Shown here in pieces: positions 8,582 through 17,859 of a stretch of DNA of 58,552 bases. The notes below the pieces were generated by a model, which was not told the origin of the DNA, searched no databases, and worked only from the letters and a program-made list of their open reading frames with translations. The number at the start of each line of letters is the position of its first letter. The stretch's first letter is position 1. A program made the position numbers and the translations under genes. The stretch lies in the sequence record DRR378314_1251; one strand, 5' to 3'.

Positions 8582-10786
8582 ATGAAATTCCCCGTCTCTC
8601 GTCGCGTCATCGCGACGTCGCTCCTGTTGAGCGCAAGTCCCTTTGCCTTCGCACAGGAAGAAGCGCCTGAAACCCTCGATACCATTATCGTCACTGGCGT
8701 TGGCCCACAGCGCACATCAGATGAAATGGTCGGCAATGTCACCGCCATCGACCGCGGTGAACTGGTTCAAAAACTCTCCGGCACGCTCGGTGATACGCTG
8801 TCCACGGAAGCGGGTGTCTCGACCACCTTCTTCGGTCAGGGGGCCAGCCGCCCGGTCCTGAGGGGGCTTGGCGCGGAACGCGTTCTCGTTCTCGCAAATG
8901 GGATCGGCACCATTGATGCCTCCGCCGCGTCGCCGGACCACCAGGTCGCCACCGACGGCATCGACGCCGAAAAGATCGAGATCGTTCGCGGACCAGCTGC
9001 TCTGGCCTATGGCGGTCAGGCGATCGGCGGTGTGGTCAATGTGATCGATGGCCTGATCGTTGAAAGCCTGCCCGATGAACCGGTCTCCTTTGACGGCTTT
9101 GCCGCCACCAACAGTGTAAATGAAGGCTCGGAGCTGGGCGGCAAGGCGCGCTTCGCGACCGGCCCATTCGTTCTGACACTGTCAGCATCCGCACGCGATT
9201 TTGGCGATTATGACATTCCGGGCTTTGCAGAGTCATCTCTGCTGAGAGCAATGGAAGAAGACGAGCACGATGATCATGATGATGAAGATGATCATGACGA
9301 TGAAGATCAGGACGACGAGGACCATGATCACGACGAGCACGAGGATGAAGAAATTCGTGACACGATGGAGAATTCCTTCCTCCAGTCCGAAACCTATTCA
9401 GCCGGCTTCTCTTGGGTTGGTGATGACGCGTTCCTGGGCTTTGCCATCCGCCAGCAGACGTCCAGCTACGGGTTGCCAGGCCACGAGCATCATCATGAGG
9501 AAGAAGAGCACGATGATCATGATGACGAGGATGATCACGACGATGAAGATCATGACGACGAAGATCACGAGCACGAGGAAGAGTCCCCGTTCATTGATCT
9601 GGAGCAGACCCGTTATGACATTCGCGGTGGCGCCAAGCTGAATGCCGGCCCGCTCACGCACATTGCCGGTAACCTGTCCTATGCGGACTATGAGCATATC
9701 GAGTTCGAAGGCGCAGGTGAGCCGGGCACCGTGTTTACCACTGAGGGAACTGAGGGCCGCCTTGAGCTTGGTCATGCATTCGGCGAATTTGTCGGCGCGG
9801 CTGGCGTTCAATTTCTGGACAAGGATTTCAGCGCAGACGGCGACGAAGCCTTCCTGACCCCAACATCGACCAAGACCTTTGGGGCCTTCCTGTTTGAAAC
9901 CCTGCAATTTGCAGATCATTCCGTACTGGAAGGTGGTCTCCGCTTCGACAATACCGAGCTCGACAATGACATTCAGGGCGAACGCAGCTTCGACCTGTTC
10001 AGCGCATCAGCGGGCGCGCACAAGCATCTGGAGTCCGGCTGGTGGATCGGCGGCCTGGTCAGCTATACCGAGCGCGCGCCAAACGAAAGCGAGCTGTTCG
10101 CAGATGGTCCGCACCTCGCGACCAGTCAGTATGAGGTTGGCAACGCCTCACTGAGCAAGGAGAAAGGCACAAATATCGAAGCCTCGCTCCGCTGGGAGAA
10201 TGACCGTTTCAGCATCAGCGGGAACATCTTCCATGCTGACTTTGACGGCTTTATCTACCTGACACCCGGCGTGGTGCTGGAGGATGGCGTTGAAGTGGAT
10301 GAACTGGATGAACTTCCGGTCTTCCTGTTCCAGCAACAGGGCGCGAGCTTCACAGGCGCAGAGATCGAAGCCGAAGCCCGCTTCCCCGAGGGATTGCTGG
10401 GCGCAAACTGGGTCACCTCTGCCAGCCTCGACCTGGTCGATGGCGAACTGGATGACGGGAGCAATGTGCCTTACCTGCCGCCGATGACATTCCACGCGGC
10501 GCTTGATGGCGATTGGGGCCTCTGGTCCGCCGGGGTCAACGTCACCGCCGCTGCCGATCAGGATGATCCGGGCACCGGAATTCTGCCAACAGACGGATAT
10601 ATCATGACCGGCCTGCGCGGTGCTGTGAATCTGTCAGAGCTTGGCTTTGGCAAGGAAGGCACGCAATTCTTCGTGGAAGGCCGGAATCTGACGGATGAGG
10701 AAGTCCGCTATTCCACATCGCTCCTGAAGGATTCGGTGCCGGCACCGGGCCGCAATATTCGCGTCGGTATCCGCGTCGCGTTCTAA
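8582..10786 (+). CDS. TonB-dependent receptor, ZnuD-like zinc/metal uptake
   Basis: Signal peptide, TonB box DTIIVTG, plug motifs SRPVLRG and IEIVRGPAALAYG, His/Asp-rich loops, C-terminal Phe. Confidence 0.9.
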   Translation: MKFPVSRRVIATSLLLSASPFAFAQEEAPETLDTIIVTGVGPQRTSDEMVGNVTAIDRGELVQKLSGTLGDTLSTEAGVSTTFFGQGASRPVLRGLGAERVLVLANGIGTIDASAASPDHQVATDGIDAEKIEIVRGPAALAYGGQAIGGVVNVIDGLIVESLPDEPVSFDGFAATNSVNEGSELGGKARFATGPFVLTLSASARDFGDYDIPGFAESSLLRAMEEDEHDDHDDEDDHDDEDQDDEDHDHDEHEDEEIRDTMENSFLQSETYSAGFSWVGDDAFLGFAIRQQTSSYGLPGHEHHHEEEEHDDHDDEDDHDDEDHDDEDHEHEEESPFIDLEQTRYDIRGGAKLNAGPLTHIAGNLSYADYEHIEFEGAGEPGTVFTTEGTEGRLELGHAFGEFVGAAGVQFLDKDFSADGDEAFLTPTSTKTFGAFLFETLQFADHSVLEGGLRFDNTELDNDIQGERSFDLFSASAGAHKHLESGWWIGGLVSYTERAPNESELFADGPHLATSQYEVGNASLSKEKGTNIEASLRWENDRFSISGNIFHADFDGFIYLTPGVVLEDGVEVDELDELPVFLFQQQGASFTGAEIEAEARFPEGLLGANWVTSASLDLVDGELDDGSNVPYLPPMTFHAALDGDWGLWSAGVNVTAAADQDDPGTGILPTDGYIMTGLRGAVNLSELGFGKEGTQFFVEGRNLTDEEVRYSTSLLKDSVPAPGRNIRVGIRVAF
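9254..9583 (+). repeat. Two intragenic His/Asp/Glu tandem repeat tracts (HDDED-like units), about 9254-9352 and 9482-9583
   Basis: Both tracts begin GAGCACGATGATCATGATGA and contain repeated GATCATGACGA-like units. Confidence 0.85.
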
Positions 10787-10823
10787 TCAACAGGCGAGGC
10801 CTGACCTGCACGATTCGTGTGGG

Positions 10824-11600
10824 TCAGGCTGCTGGCTGGCCCAGATAGGCCGAGAGAATGGCCTGATCGACGACTGTTCGAACATGCACAGGTTCGAAAG
10901 GCTTGGGGATCAGGTAGGAGGGTTCCTCGTCCTGTCCCTGCAACAGCATTTCCGGATAGGCGGTGATGAAGATTACCGGGACCGGGTTTTCCATCGCGCC
11001 GAGGATGTCTCTCACAGCATCAATTCCAATGGATCCGTCAGCCAGGCGAATGTCTGACAGGATCAACCCGAACTCTGTCTCAGCGGCGAGGTCGACGGCT
11101 TCCTTGTGGGTGGTTGCAATCCCCACAACTGAGTGGCCCGCTTCGGTCACGATCTGGGACAATTGATAGGAAATCAGGGATTCGTCTTCGATGATGAGAA
11201 CGGACGTGCTGACTTCGTTGGCGATCGTGGTTTCCGCCTGTCTCAGCATTTCCTCGACATCGGTATCGTTCACGGTGAGTATCCGGGCCGCTTCCTGAAC
11301 GGAAAATCCCTCGACGACAGTCAGCAGCAATGCGCGGCGCTGAATGGTCGTCATCGTGCTCAGGATCTTGCCGATGCCACTATCTGCGGACAGCTTGCTG
11401 ACGCGCTTGCTGATGGACTTGTCGAGTTCGGCAAACAGGTCGGCCTTGTTGAACTTCAGATCCGGGGCAACGGAGATTCGGAATATGAGCGACTCGATCA
11501 TGTCTTCAACGGCTTCGTCGCCGTTCGTCTGCTCCCCCATCAAACCGCGCGCATAGCGCCGCAGATAGGGTAGTTCTGAAGAAATCAAGTCAGAGAGCAT
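10824..11600 (-). CDS. phyR: PhyR-like response regulator (sigma-like domain plus receiver)
   Basis: LPYLRRYARGL sigma-like N-terminus; receiver motifs IIEDE, DIRLADGS, FITAYPE, KPF. Confidence 0.85.
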   Translation of the reverse strand: MLSDLISSELPYLRRYARGLMGEQTNGDEAVEDMIESLIFRISVAPDLKFNKADLFAELDKSISKRVSKLSADSGIGKILSTMTTIQRRALLLTVVEGFSVQEAARILTVNDTDVEEMLRQAETTIANEVSTSVLIIEDESLISYQLSQIVTEAGHSVVGIATTHKEAVDLAAETEFGLILSDIRLADGSIGIDAVRDILGAMENPVPVIFITAYPEMLLQGQDEEPSYLIPKPFEPVHVRTVVDQAILSAYLGQPAA

Positions 11601-11887
11601 CCTGCCCGTATCCCCTTTAATTGGCCACCTTCACTGGCCAACACATTGCAGGCCTCGTAACCCTGATCACCTGTTCTTCAGAAATGCATAATCAAGGGTT
11701 AAGAACAATAATACGTGTCAGCGGCGGGCGGGTTGCCCGTGCCAAGCAGCTTGAGTCACCGAATTCCTCAAACCTGCAATAATTAATACAGGACACAACC
11801 TCACCAGAAATGCGGGAACAAGTCAGCGCCGCGGGCGCCTACCCCCTAAGGGGCACTCAACCGCTCGCGAGCCCGACGCAGCGTCAT

Positions 11888-11905
11888 CTGTAGTAAATAC
11901 TACAG
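11888..11905. promoter_or_regulatory. Perfect inverted repeat CTGTAGTA-AA-TACTACAG, candidate operator
   Basis: 8-2-8 palindrome in the 400-bp intergenic region upstream of phyR. Confidence 0.45.
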
Positions 11906-12000
11906 TTCGAACTCGTCACCCTGAACGGCAAGCGATTGCCGCCTGCACAAAATTCCGTCCAAACGGATGGGAACTGCGAAAATATTCAGGAAACCCGGCC

Positions 12001-13095
12001 TCAGGCTGGCAGGGACACACTCATCCGGTAACCGGTTTCCGTCGGCCCGTTTTCCAGATGCGCGCCGATTTGCGCCGCTGAGGCCGCCATGATGCGCTTG
12101 CCGAGACCCGAGACCGATCCTGGCGCGGGTTCCGGCCGCTTGGCGGCGCCGCCATTGTCTTCGCAGAGGATTTCTAGCCCGTCTTCAACCTGTCCAGAGC
12201 CCTTGATCCAGATTTCGCCCGGCTGGCCGTCGCTGAAGGCGTGCTTGATGGAATTGGCGACGAATTCACTCACGATCACGGCGATGGCGCTGGCCGTGGA
12301 GGTGGGAATAGCGACGGCCCCTGCCTCGCAATGAACGCGAACCCCCGGCGGCGCGGAATCCTCCAGCAATTGGGCAATGTGGCCCAGGAAGGCATCGAGG
12401 CTCACCGCATTCTCCAGCGGCGAGTCATGCAGCAATTCGTGAAGCGCAGCTGTCGCCTCAATTCGCCGCCCGATCGCATCGAAGGCTTCGGTCATGTCCA
12501 CGCCCGGCCTAGCGCGGCTCTTGTAGACGCGCACGAGCGAGGCGACCGACTGGAGCGAATTCTTGACCCGATGGTCCATTTCATTGCGCAGGATTTTCTG
12601 GTTCTTCAAGGCGAGGCGCAGATCCAGTTCCCGCATCACCTGCCGGGCGAGCGTGTGCAGCGTGCTTTTCTGAAAATCGTCCAGCGCGTTCGGCTTGTTG
12701 TCGAGTACGCAGAGCGTTCCGATGGGCAGGCCATTCGGCGCTTTCAGCAGCACGCCGGCATAGAATCGCAACCCGTCCGCGGGCGTGCAGAGTTCATTGT
12801 CTGCCGTGCGCGGGTCCAGTTGGGTGTCGTGGATCTCGACGTAATCCTCACTCAGGATGACGTGAGAGCAGATCGAAGTGGCGAGCGGCGTTTCGCGCGC
12901 GCCGATACCGACTTCCGCCTTGAACCATTGGCGGTCTTCATCGATCAGATTCACCACCGAAATGGGCACATTGCAAATGCGCGAGGCCAGCTCGACAACT
13001 TCGTCGAACTCCGGCTCGCGCTCTGTGTCCAGAATGTCGTACTTCCGAAGGGTCTCCAGCCGGAGAGCCTGGTTCGGGTGGGCGGCCGCTTTCAT
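12001..13095 (-). CDS. Soluble GAF-domain sensor histidine kinase (HisKA_2/HWE group)
   Basis: GAF domain (LRFYAGVLL, GTLCVLD); H-box EMDHRVKNSLQ; EFVANSIKHAF, DNG, GLG; start ATG 13095. Confidence 0.9.
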   Translation of the reverse strand: MKAAAHPNQALRLETLRKYDILDTEREPEFDEVVELASRICNVPISVVNLIDEDRQWFKAEVGIGARETPLATSICSHVILSEDYVEIHDTQLDPRTADNELCTPADGLRFYAGVLLKAPNGLPIGTLCVLDNKPNALDDFQKSTLHTLARQVMRELDLRLALKNQKILRNEMDHRVKNSLQSVASLVRVYKSRARPGVDMTEAFDAIGRRIEATAALHELLHDSPLENAVSLDAFLGHIAQLLEDSAPPGVRVHCEAGAVAIPTSTASAIAVIVSEFVANSIKHAFSDGQPGEIWIKGSGQVEDGLEILCEDNGGAAKRPEPAPGSVSGLGKRIMAASAAQIGAHLENGPTETGYRMSVSLPA

Positions 13096-13243
13096 AGGTG
13101 TGATTCCAGTGTCTTTTCGCGCCACTATAGCGGGAGTTTCAACAAATACACCCATAAGTGGCCCGCGCACTGCCAGCTGCACATGCGACGCCCGTGAAGG
13201 CGCTTGAGCTTGGAATCCGGATTGTCAGGAAATGGCCGCCGCG

Positions 13244-13639
13244 TCAGGTGTCCGGCAAGGGCAGAGGCACGCCGAGCCTGTCGGCAAAATGGTCATGCGC
13301 CGCGTCGAGCGGCCCGAAACCGAGCCGGCGCGATGCGGTGCTCAACCCGACCAGCGGCACATGACGTCTATGAAAGTCTTCGCCATCCAGCGCGGCGCGC
13401 AAGGCGGGCGATGGCTCAGCCCCTGGCAAGGGCGCGCGCCGCCGCCCGGTGAAATCATCTGACAGGGCCAGGACAACCACTTCGCCCCAGCCTGCAATGC
13501 CCCACAGCATCTGCGCCCCCGGCGGGGCTTCTCGCCGGAACCATGCCTGCAAGCGCTGAATGCGCCAGAAGATCAGTGGCCAGACGGGCCACAGATACCA
13601 CGGCAAGGTCTTCACAGGGGAGAAAAGCGAACACTCCAT
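13244..13639 (-). CDS. Hypothetical protein, Trp-rich N-terminus
   Basis: ORF fills the gap; LPWYLWPVWPLIFWR segment; no recognised family. Confidence 0.45.
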   Translation of the reverse strand: MECSLFSPVKTLPWYLWPVWPLIFWRIQRLQAWFRREAPPGAQMLWGIAGWGEVVVLALSDDFTGRRRAPLPGAEPSPALRAALDGEDFHRRHVPLVGLSTASRRLGFGPLDAAHDHFADRLGVPLPLPDT

Positions 13640-13796
13640 CGCCCGCCAGTATATGTCAGGCGGCGGAGGGGTTGGATAAGTTTATGTCCCGCGCAATGAT
13701 GGCCGCAGGATGGGGCGGGGTTGAGGGGGGATAAGCGCCCCGCCCCAATCCCGGCCATCGCGAGAACGCGCTCCCGTCCGGATCAGATCGCACCTC

Positions 13797-13846
13797 GTCG
13801 CCCCGTGTCACCATGTGTCGCCCCGTGTCGTCTCATGTCGCCATCT
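13797..13846. repeat. Five degenerate tandem 10-mers
   Basis: GTCGCCCCGT GTCACCATGT GTCGCCCCGT GTCGTCTCAT GTCGCCATCT. Confidence 0.7.
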
Positions 13847-13853
13847 GTGAGCA

Positions 13854-13937
13854 CTCATGCTGAGCGAAGTCGAAGCATGTGGGCGGGCTTGGCCAAAGCT
13901 GGGTCCCGGATATTTGCGGCGCAAATTCCGGGATGAC
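13854..13937. repeat. Two REP-like palindromic elements
   Basis: CATGCT-GAGCGAAGTCGA-AGCATG and TCCCGGA-T-ATTTGC-GGC-GCAAAT-TCCGGGA-TGAC (GTCATCCCGG type on the minus strand). Confidence 0.65.
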
Positions 13938-13954
13938 AGGGATGGGAGGCCTGC

Positions 13955-14353
13955 TCAACCTGTCCGGCCATCGACGCGCCAGTCCGGGAAGCGGCGGACC
14001 TTTCCGGCGAACATCAGGCAGACTTCATTGCCCGCCGGGTCTCGCAGCCGCGCCTCTCGCCAGCCCCAGGATTCGTCAGTGGGCTCCGTTTCAAAGACCA
14101 GCCCCTGCGCTTTCAGGTCCTCAACATGCGCGTCAAGCGCGTCGGCAGACGGATGATCGAAATAGATCACGGGGCCGGACCCGACTGGCGCGGTGACGGC
14201 GTGGAGCGACAAGGTCGCGCCGCTGCCATCGGCGCTTTCAAACCGGGCATAGCGCGGCGGAGCCTCCACGATCCGCACCATGCCAAGCGCCTCATAAAAA
14301 GCGACGCTGGCAGAGTAATCGAGACAGGGTATGGTGATTTGATTGAGGATCAT
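13955..14353 (-). CDS. VOC (glyoxalase/bleomycin resistance) family protein
   Basis: LNQITI...SVAFYEALG; WGWREARLRDPAGNEVCL; start ATG 14353. Confidence 0.9.
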   Translation of the reverse strand: MILNQITIPCLDYSASVAFYEALGMVRIVEAPPRYARFESADGSGATLSLHAVTAPVGSGPVIYFDHPSADALDAHVEDLKAQGLVFETEPTDESWGWREARLRDPAGNEVCLMFAGKVRRFPDWRVDGRTG

Positions 14354-14538
14354 GGACGGGCCTTTCATGCACGAAGTTCGTGAGAGGCCTGTCTTGTAAT
14401 TGCTCAAGTTAGGGTGAGGTCAAGGGTGGATCTATTGAGAAGCTTGCGTTGCTACCCTCAACAAAGCTCGAATTTCCGCTTAAGTTGAGGAGTGGTAGAA
14501 ATAACTCCTTCGAAAGATCTTCTGACAGGAAAATTTCA

Positions 14539-15369
14539 ATGTCGCCTCCTTCAAAGCTAACTTCAAACTTCTCTTTCGACCGCATAGTCTGGCTAAACGC
14601 ACTGCCAGAACACGAATATGGGCCGACCAGGAGGATGGTGGAGGACATCGAGGCGGCGGCGAACCGGGCCGGAATTCTCTTTAGGGAATATAGACCTCAA
14701 TCGAGCTACGAGTTGAGTAGCTTTCTGGATGCAGAAAGAATGGCAGGCGGAAAACCACTGATCCATTTAGATAGCCATGGTTCAGAAACTGGAATCTCCA
14801 TAGGAGACCATCACGAAGACGTATCCTGGAAATTCGTATGCGCCGCCCTAAGACCGATCAACATAGTCTCTAACAATCAACTACTCGTCGTTTCGAACTG
14901 CTGTTTCGGAATTTTTGCCTCGCACTTCGTGAGTCTCACCGAACCAGCTCCATTTCTAGGATTCATTGGCCCGGTCGACATCATACGGGTAGGCGAATTC
15001 GAACATTCCATACCTGCCTTTTACCAATCAATCTTGAAACAGGATGATCTGCTTGTAGGAATGAAGGAGCTTTCCAAATTTGATTTCTGGCTCGCAGAAC
15101 AATTTCTGCTTACTGTGCTTGTTAACTACCTGAAAAACGAAGGCTCATCCTTTGCGAAATCGCAGTTCGTCGAAGAACTCGTGTCAAAAGCCAAAGCAAC
15201 CGGAAATATATTGCTCACCGAACGGGTTACCCCTTACCGAAAAGATTTCAAGCGACTCCTGAAAGAAGAGCTTGGCCCGAAACTCCTAGAAGACCGCGCC
15301 CAAACATTCCTTCTAGGGAACAAACCTGAGTTCACATATTCTGATTTGCTCAGGCTCGCCCAAGAGTGA
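14539..15369 (+). CDS. AT-rich orphan protein with caspase/CHAT-like His-Gly and Cys motifs
   Basis: LIHLDSHG and LVVSNCCFG; ATG 14539 with ACAGGA RBS; visibly more AT-rich than its flanks. Confidence 0.6.
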   Translation: MSPPSKLTSNFSFDRIVWLNALPEHEYGPTRRMVEDIEAAANRAGILFREYRPQSSYELSSFLDAERMAGGKPLIHLDSHGSETGISIGDHHEDVSWKFVCAALRPINIVSNNQLLVVSNCCFGIFASHFVSLTEPAPFLGFIGPVDIIRVGEFEHSIPAFYQSILKQDDLLVGMKELSKFDFWLAEQFLLTVLVNYLKNEGSSFAKSQFVEELVSKAKATGNILLTERVTPYRKDFKRLLKEELGPKLLEDRAQTFLLGNKPEFTYSDLLRLAQE

Positions 15370-15372
15370 ATC

Positions 15373-16905
15373 TCACAGCGGAATATTATCGTGTTTCTTC
15401 CACGGGTTTTCGAGCTGCTTGTTCTGCAGGCTACGGAGGGCTTTGGCGACGCGTTTGCGGGTTGAGTGCGGCATGATGATGTCGTCGATATAGCCCTTGC
15501 GCGCGGCGACGTACGGGTTTGCGAAATTGTCCTCATACATCTTTGTGTGCTCGGCAATCTTCTCTTCGTCGCCAATATCCTTGCGGAAGATGATCTCGAC
15601 TGCGCCCTTCGCGCCCATCACAGCGATCTCTGCCGTTGGCCAGGCATAGTTCACATCGCCGCGCAGATGCTTGGAGCTCATCACGTCATATGCGCCGCCA
15701 TAGGCCTTGCGGGTGATGACGGTGACCTTCGGCACGGTCGCCTCGGCATACGCGAACAGCAGTTTCGCGCCATGCTTGATCAGGCCGCCATATTCCTGCT
15801 TCGTGCCCGGCATGAAGCCCGGAACGTCCACAAAGGTGACGACCGGAATGTTGAAACAGTCGCAGAAGCGGACAAAGCGCGACGCCTTGCGGGAGGCGTC
15901 AATGTCCAGAACCCCGGCCAGAGTCATCGGCTGGTTGGCGACGAAGCCCACGGTGGAGCCTTCGATGCGGCCGAAGCCGCACAGGATGTTGGCGCCGAAT
16001 TTCGGGCTGATCTCGAAGAAGTCGCCTTCATCGGCCACTTTCTCGATCAGTTCGCGCATGTCGTAAGGCGAGTTCGGGTTTGGCGGGATCAGCGAGTCGA
16101 GGCTTTCCTCAACCCGGTCCGCGGAATCATAGACGGTGCGGACGGGCGGGTCTTCACGGTTCGAGCCCGGCAGGAAATCGATCAGGCGGCGCATCTGGAC
16201 CAGCGCCTCGATGTCGTTCTCGAACGCGCCATCGACCACGCCGGACTTCGCCGCATGAACGGAGGCCCCGCCGAGGGATTCGTGGGTGACCTCTTCATTG
16301 GTCACGGTTTTCACCACGTCCGGCCCGGTGACGTACATGTAGGACGTGTCCTTCACCATGAAGATGAAGTCTGTCAGCGCCGGGGAATACACGTCGCCCC
16401 CTGCGCAGGGGCCCATGATGACGGAAATCTGAGGGATAACACCGGAGGAGAGGACATTCTCCATGAAGATGTCGGCATAGCCAGCCAGCGAATCGACGCC
16501 TTCCTGAATGCGCGCGCCGCCCGCATCAAAAATGCCGACCACAGGCGCGCCATTCATGGCGGCGGCCTTCTGAACCTTCACGATCTTGGCAGCGTGCGTC
16601 TTCGACAGGGAGCCACCGAACACGGTGAAATCCTTGGAGAAAACATAGACAAGGCGGCCATTGATGGTGCCCTGTCCGGTGACAACGCCGTCGCCGGGGA
16701 TCTTCTGCTCGTCCATACCGAAATCAGAGCATTGATGCTCAACGAACATGTCCCATTCCTCGAAGCTGCCTTCGTCCAGCAGAACCTCGATCCGCTCGCG
16801 GGCGCTCAGCTTGCCCTTGGCGTGCTGCCGCTCAATCCGGGCGGCTCCACCACCCATGCGGGCCTGTTCGCGTTTCTGCTCTAGCGCTTCGATTACATCC
16901 TGCAT
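15373..16905 (-). CDS. pccB: Propionyl-CoA carboxylase beta subunit
   Basis: [30 protein letters not shown] and KKHDNIPL motifs. Confidence 0.95.
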   Translation of the reverse strand: MQDVIEALEQKREQARMGGGAARIERQHAKGKLSARERIEVLLDEGSFEEWDMFVEHQCSDFGMDEQKIPGDGVVTGQGTINGRLVYVFSKDFTVFGGSLSKTHAAKIVKVQKAAAMNGAPVVGIFDAGGARIQEGVDSLAGYADIFMENVLSSGVIPQISVIMGPCAGGDVYSPALTDFIFMVKDTSYMYVTGPDVVKTVTNEEVTHESLGGASVHAAKSGVVDGAFENDIEALVQMRRLIDFLPGSNREDPPVRTVYDSADRVEESLDSLIPPNPNSPYDMRELIEKVADEGDFFEISPKFGANILCGFGRIEGSTVGFVANQPMTLAGVLDIDASRKASRFVRFCDCFNIPVVTFVDVPGFMPGTKQEYGGLIKHGAKLLFAYAEATVPKVTVITRKAYGGAYDVMSSKHLRGDVNYAWPTAEIAVMGAKGAVEIIFRKDIGDEEKIAEHTKMYEDNFANPYVAARKGYIDDIIMPHSTRKRVAKALRSLQNKQLENPWKKHDNIPL

Positions 16906-17097
16906 GCGCGCGGACTCCTTGCCAAAAGACTGTCACAAATTTCGTTGGTTTGTTTGATAGTCGCACCACTTTCATTGGCAAGGGCAAATCCGGCGGTATC
17001 TTGCCGCGCGTCGCGTCAGCTTCCGCAGCGTCAGGGGCAATCTGTTGCGGGATCGACCCGCAATGCGGGGGAAAGTTGCGGGTTGGCGCGCTGGAGG

Positions 17098-17811
17098 TCA
17101 GCCGAGGCCGACGAGCCAGGTTTCCAACGCCCTGGCCTCCACCCGGCGCAGCGCGGTAACGGCCTTGGCCTCGTCATCTTCGCCCCATTGCTGAGCCTGC
17201 CACGCCTCATCGATCCGGGCGACCTCAAAGGCGTCCGTCGCGGTCAGTTCGCCCTCAACCACGGCCATTGCCAGCACGGCAGAGCCGAACAGGCCGCAGC
17301 CATAGAGCAGGCCTGTCAGGGCAAAATCATCCAGGCCAAGCGCATAGGTCCGCGCCGCCTCCAGCGAGGCATCCGGCTGGGGCGAGGCGATGATCCCCTC
17401 GACCGGCACAAGGATCACGTCCAGCGCCTGCCCGGCCCAGGCCCGCAGCGGCGCCCAATGGGCCTCTTCCAGCTCGGCCAGTTCCTCGGAATCCTCCGCG
17501 ATGTGGCAGACAAGATCCGTCTCGCAATAGCGCGCCAGTTCATCGGCCATCTCGTAGCGGGTCTCCGGCACGCGGTCGATCGCGACATTGGCAAGGCGCG
17601 TCAGGTGCATGGCGGCCAGGTCGATATGCTCGTCTTGCGCGTTCCACTCGGCCGCGATGGCCTTGGCCAGTTTCTCCGTCGGCAGGCTCAGCGCCGCGCG
17701 GGCGGGCGTCTTGATGGAGCGGCCATCGAGTTCCACGGTCCAGCCGCCCGGCATCTGCACGGCCTTGGCGGTTTCATAGAAGCGTTTCGGCTTTGGGGTC
17801 TCGTCAGTCAT
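17098..17811 (-). CDS. ATP12 family chaperone
   Basis: KRFYE, LDGRSIKTP, AEWNAQ, DEAWQAQQWG motifs; start ATG 17811. Confidence 0.92.
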   Translation of the reverse strand: MTDETPKPKRFYETAKAVQMPGGWTVELDGRSIKTPARAALSLPTEKLAKAIAAEWNAQDEHIDLAAMHLTRLANVAIDRVPETRYEMADELARYCETDLVCHIAEDSEELAELEEAHWAPLRAWAGQALDVILVPVEGIIASPQPDASLEAARTYALGLDDFALTGLLYGCGLFGSAVLAMAVVEGELTATDAFEVARIDEAWQAQQWGEDDEAKAVTALRRVEARALETWLVGLG

Positions 17812-17859
17812 GCGCGCGCATGTACGCGCAAGAAGCCGGGTTTCCAAGAGGCGAAGTGC

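Noticed and set aside
9270-9919. Met/Ile-rich alternative-frame ORFs within the receptor gene
   Set aside because: Artefacts of the GAT/CAT/GAC repeat tracts read in other frames
11810-11893. 27-aa ORF divergent from phyR as a possible nepR
   Set aside because: Too short and lacks the NepR helical motif
13797-13846. Tandem repeats as a CRISPR array
   Set aside because: 10-bp degenerate units without spacers, and no cas genes in the window
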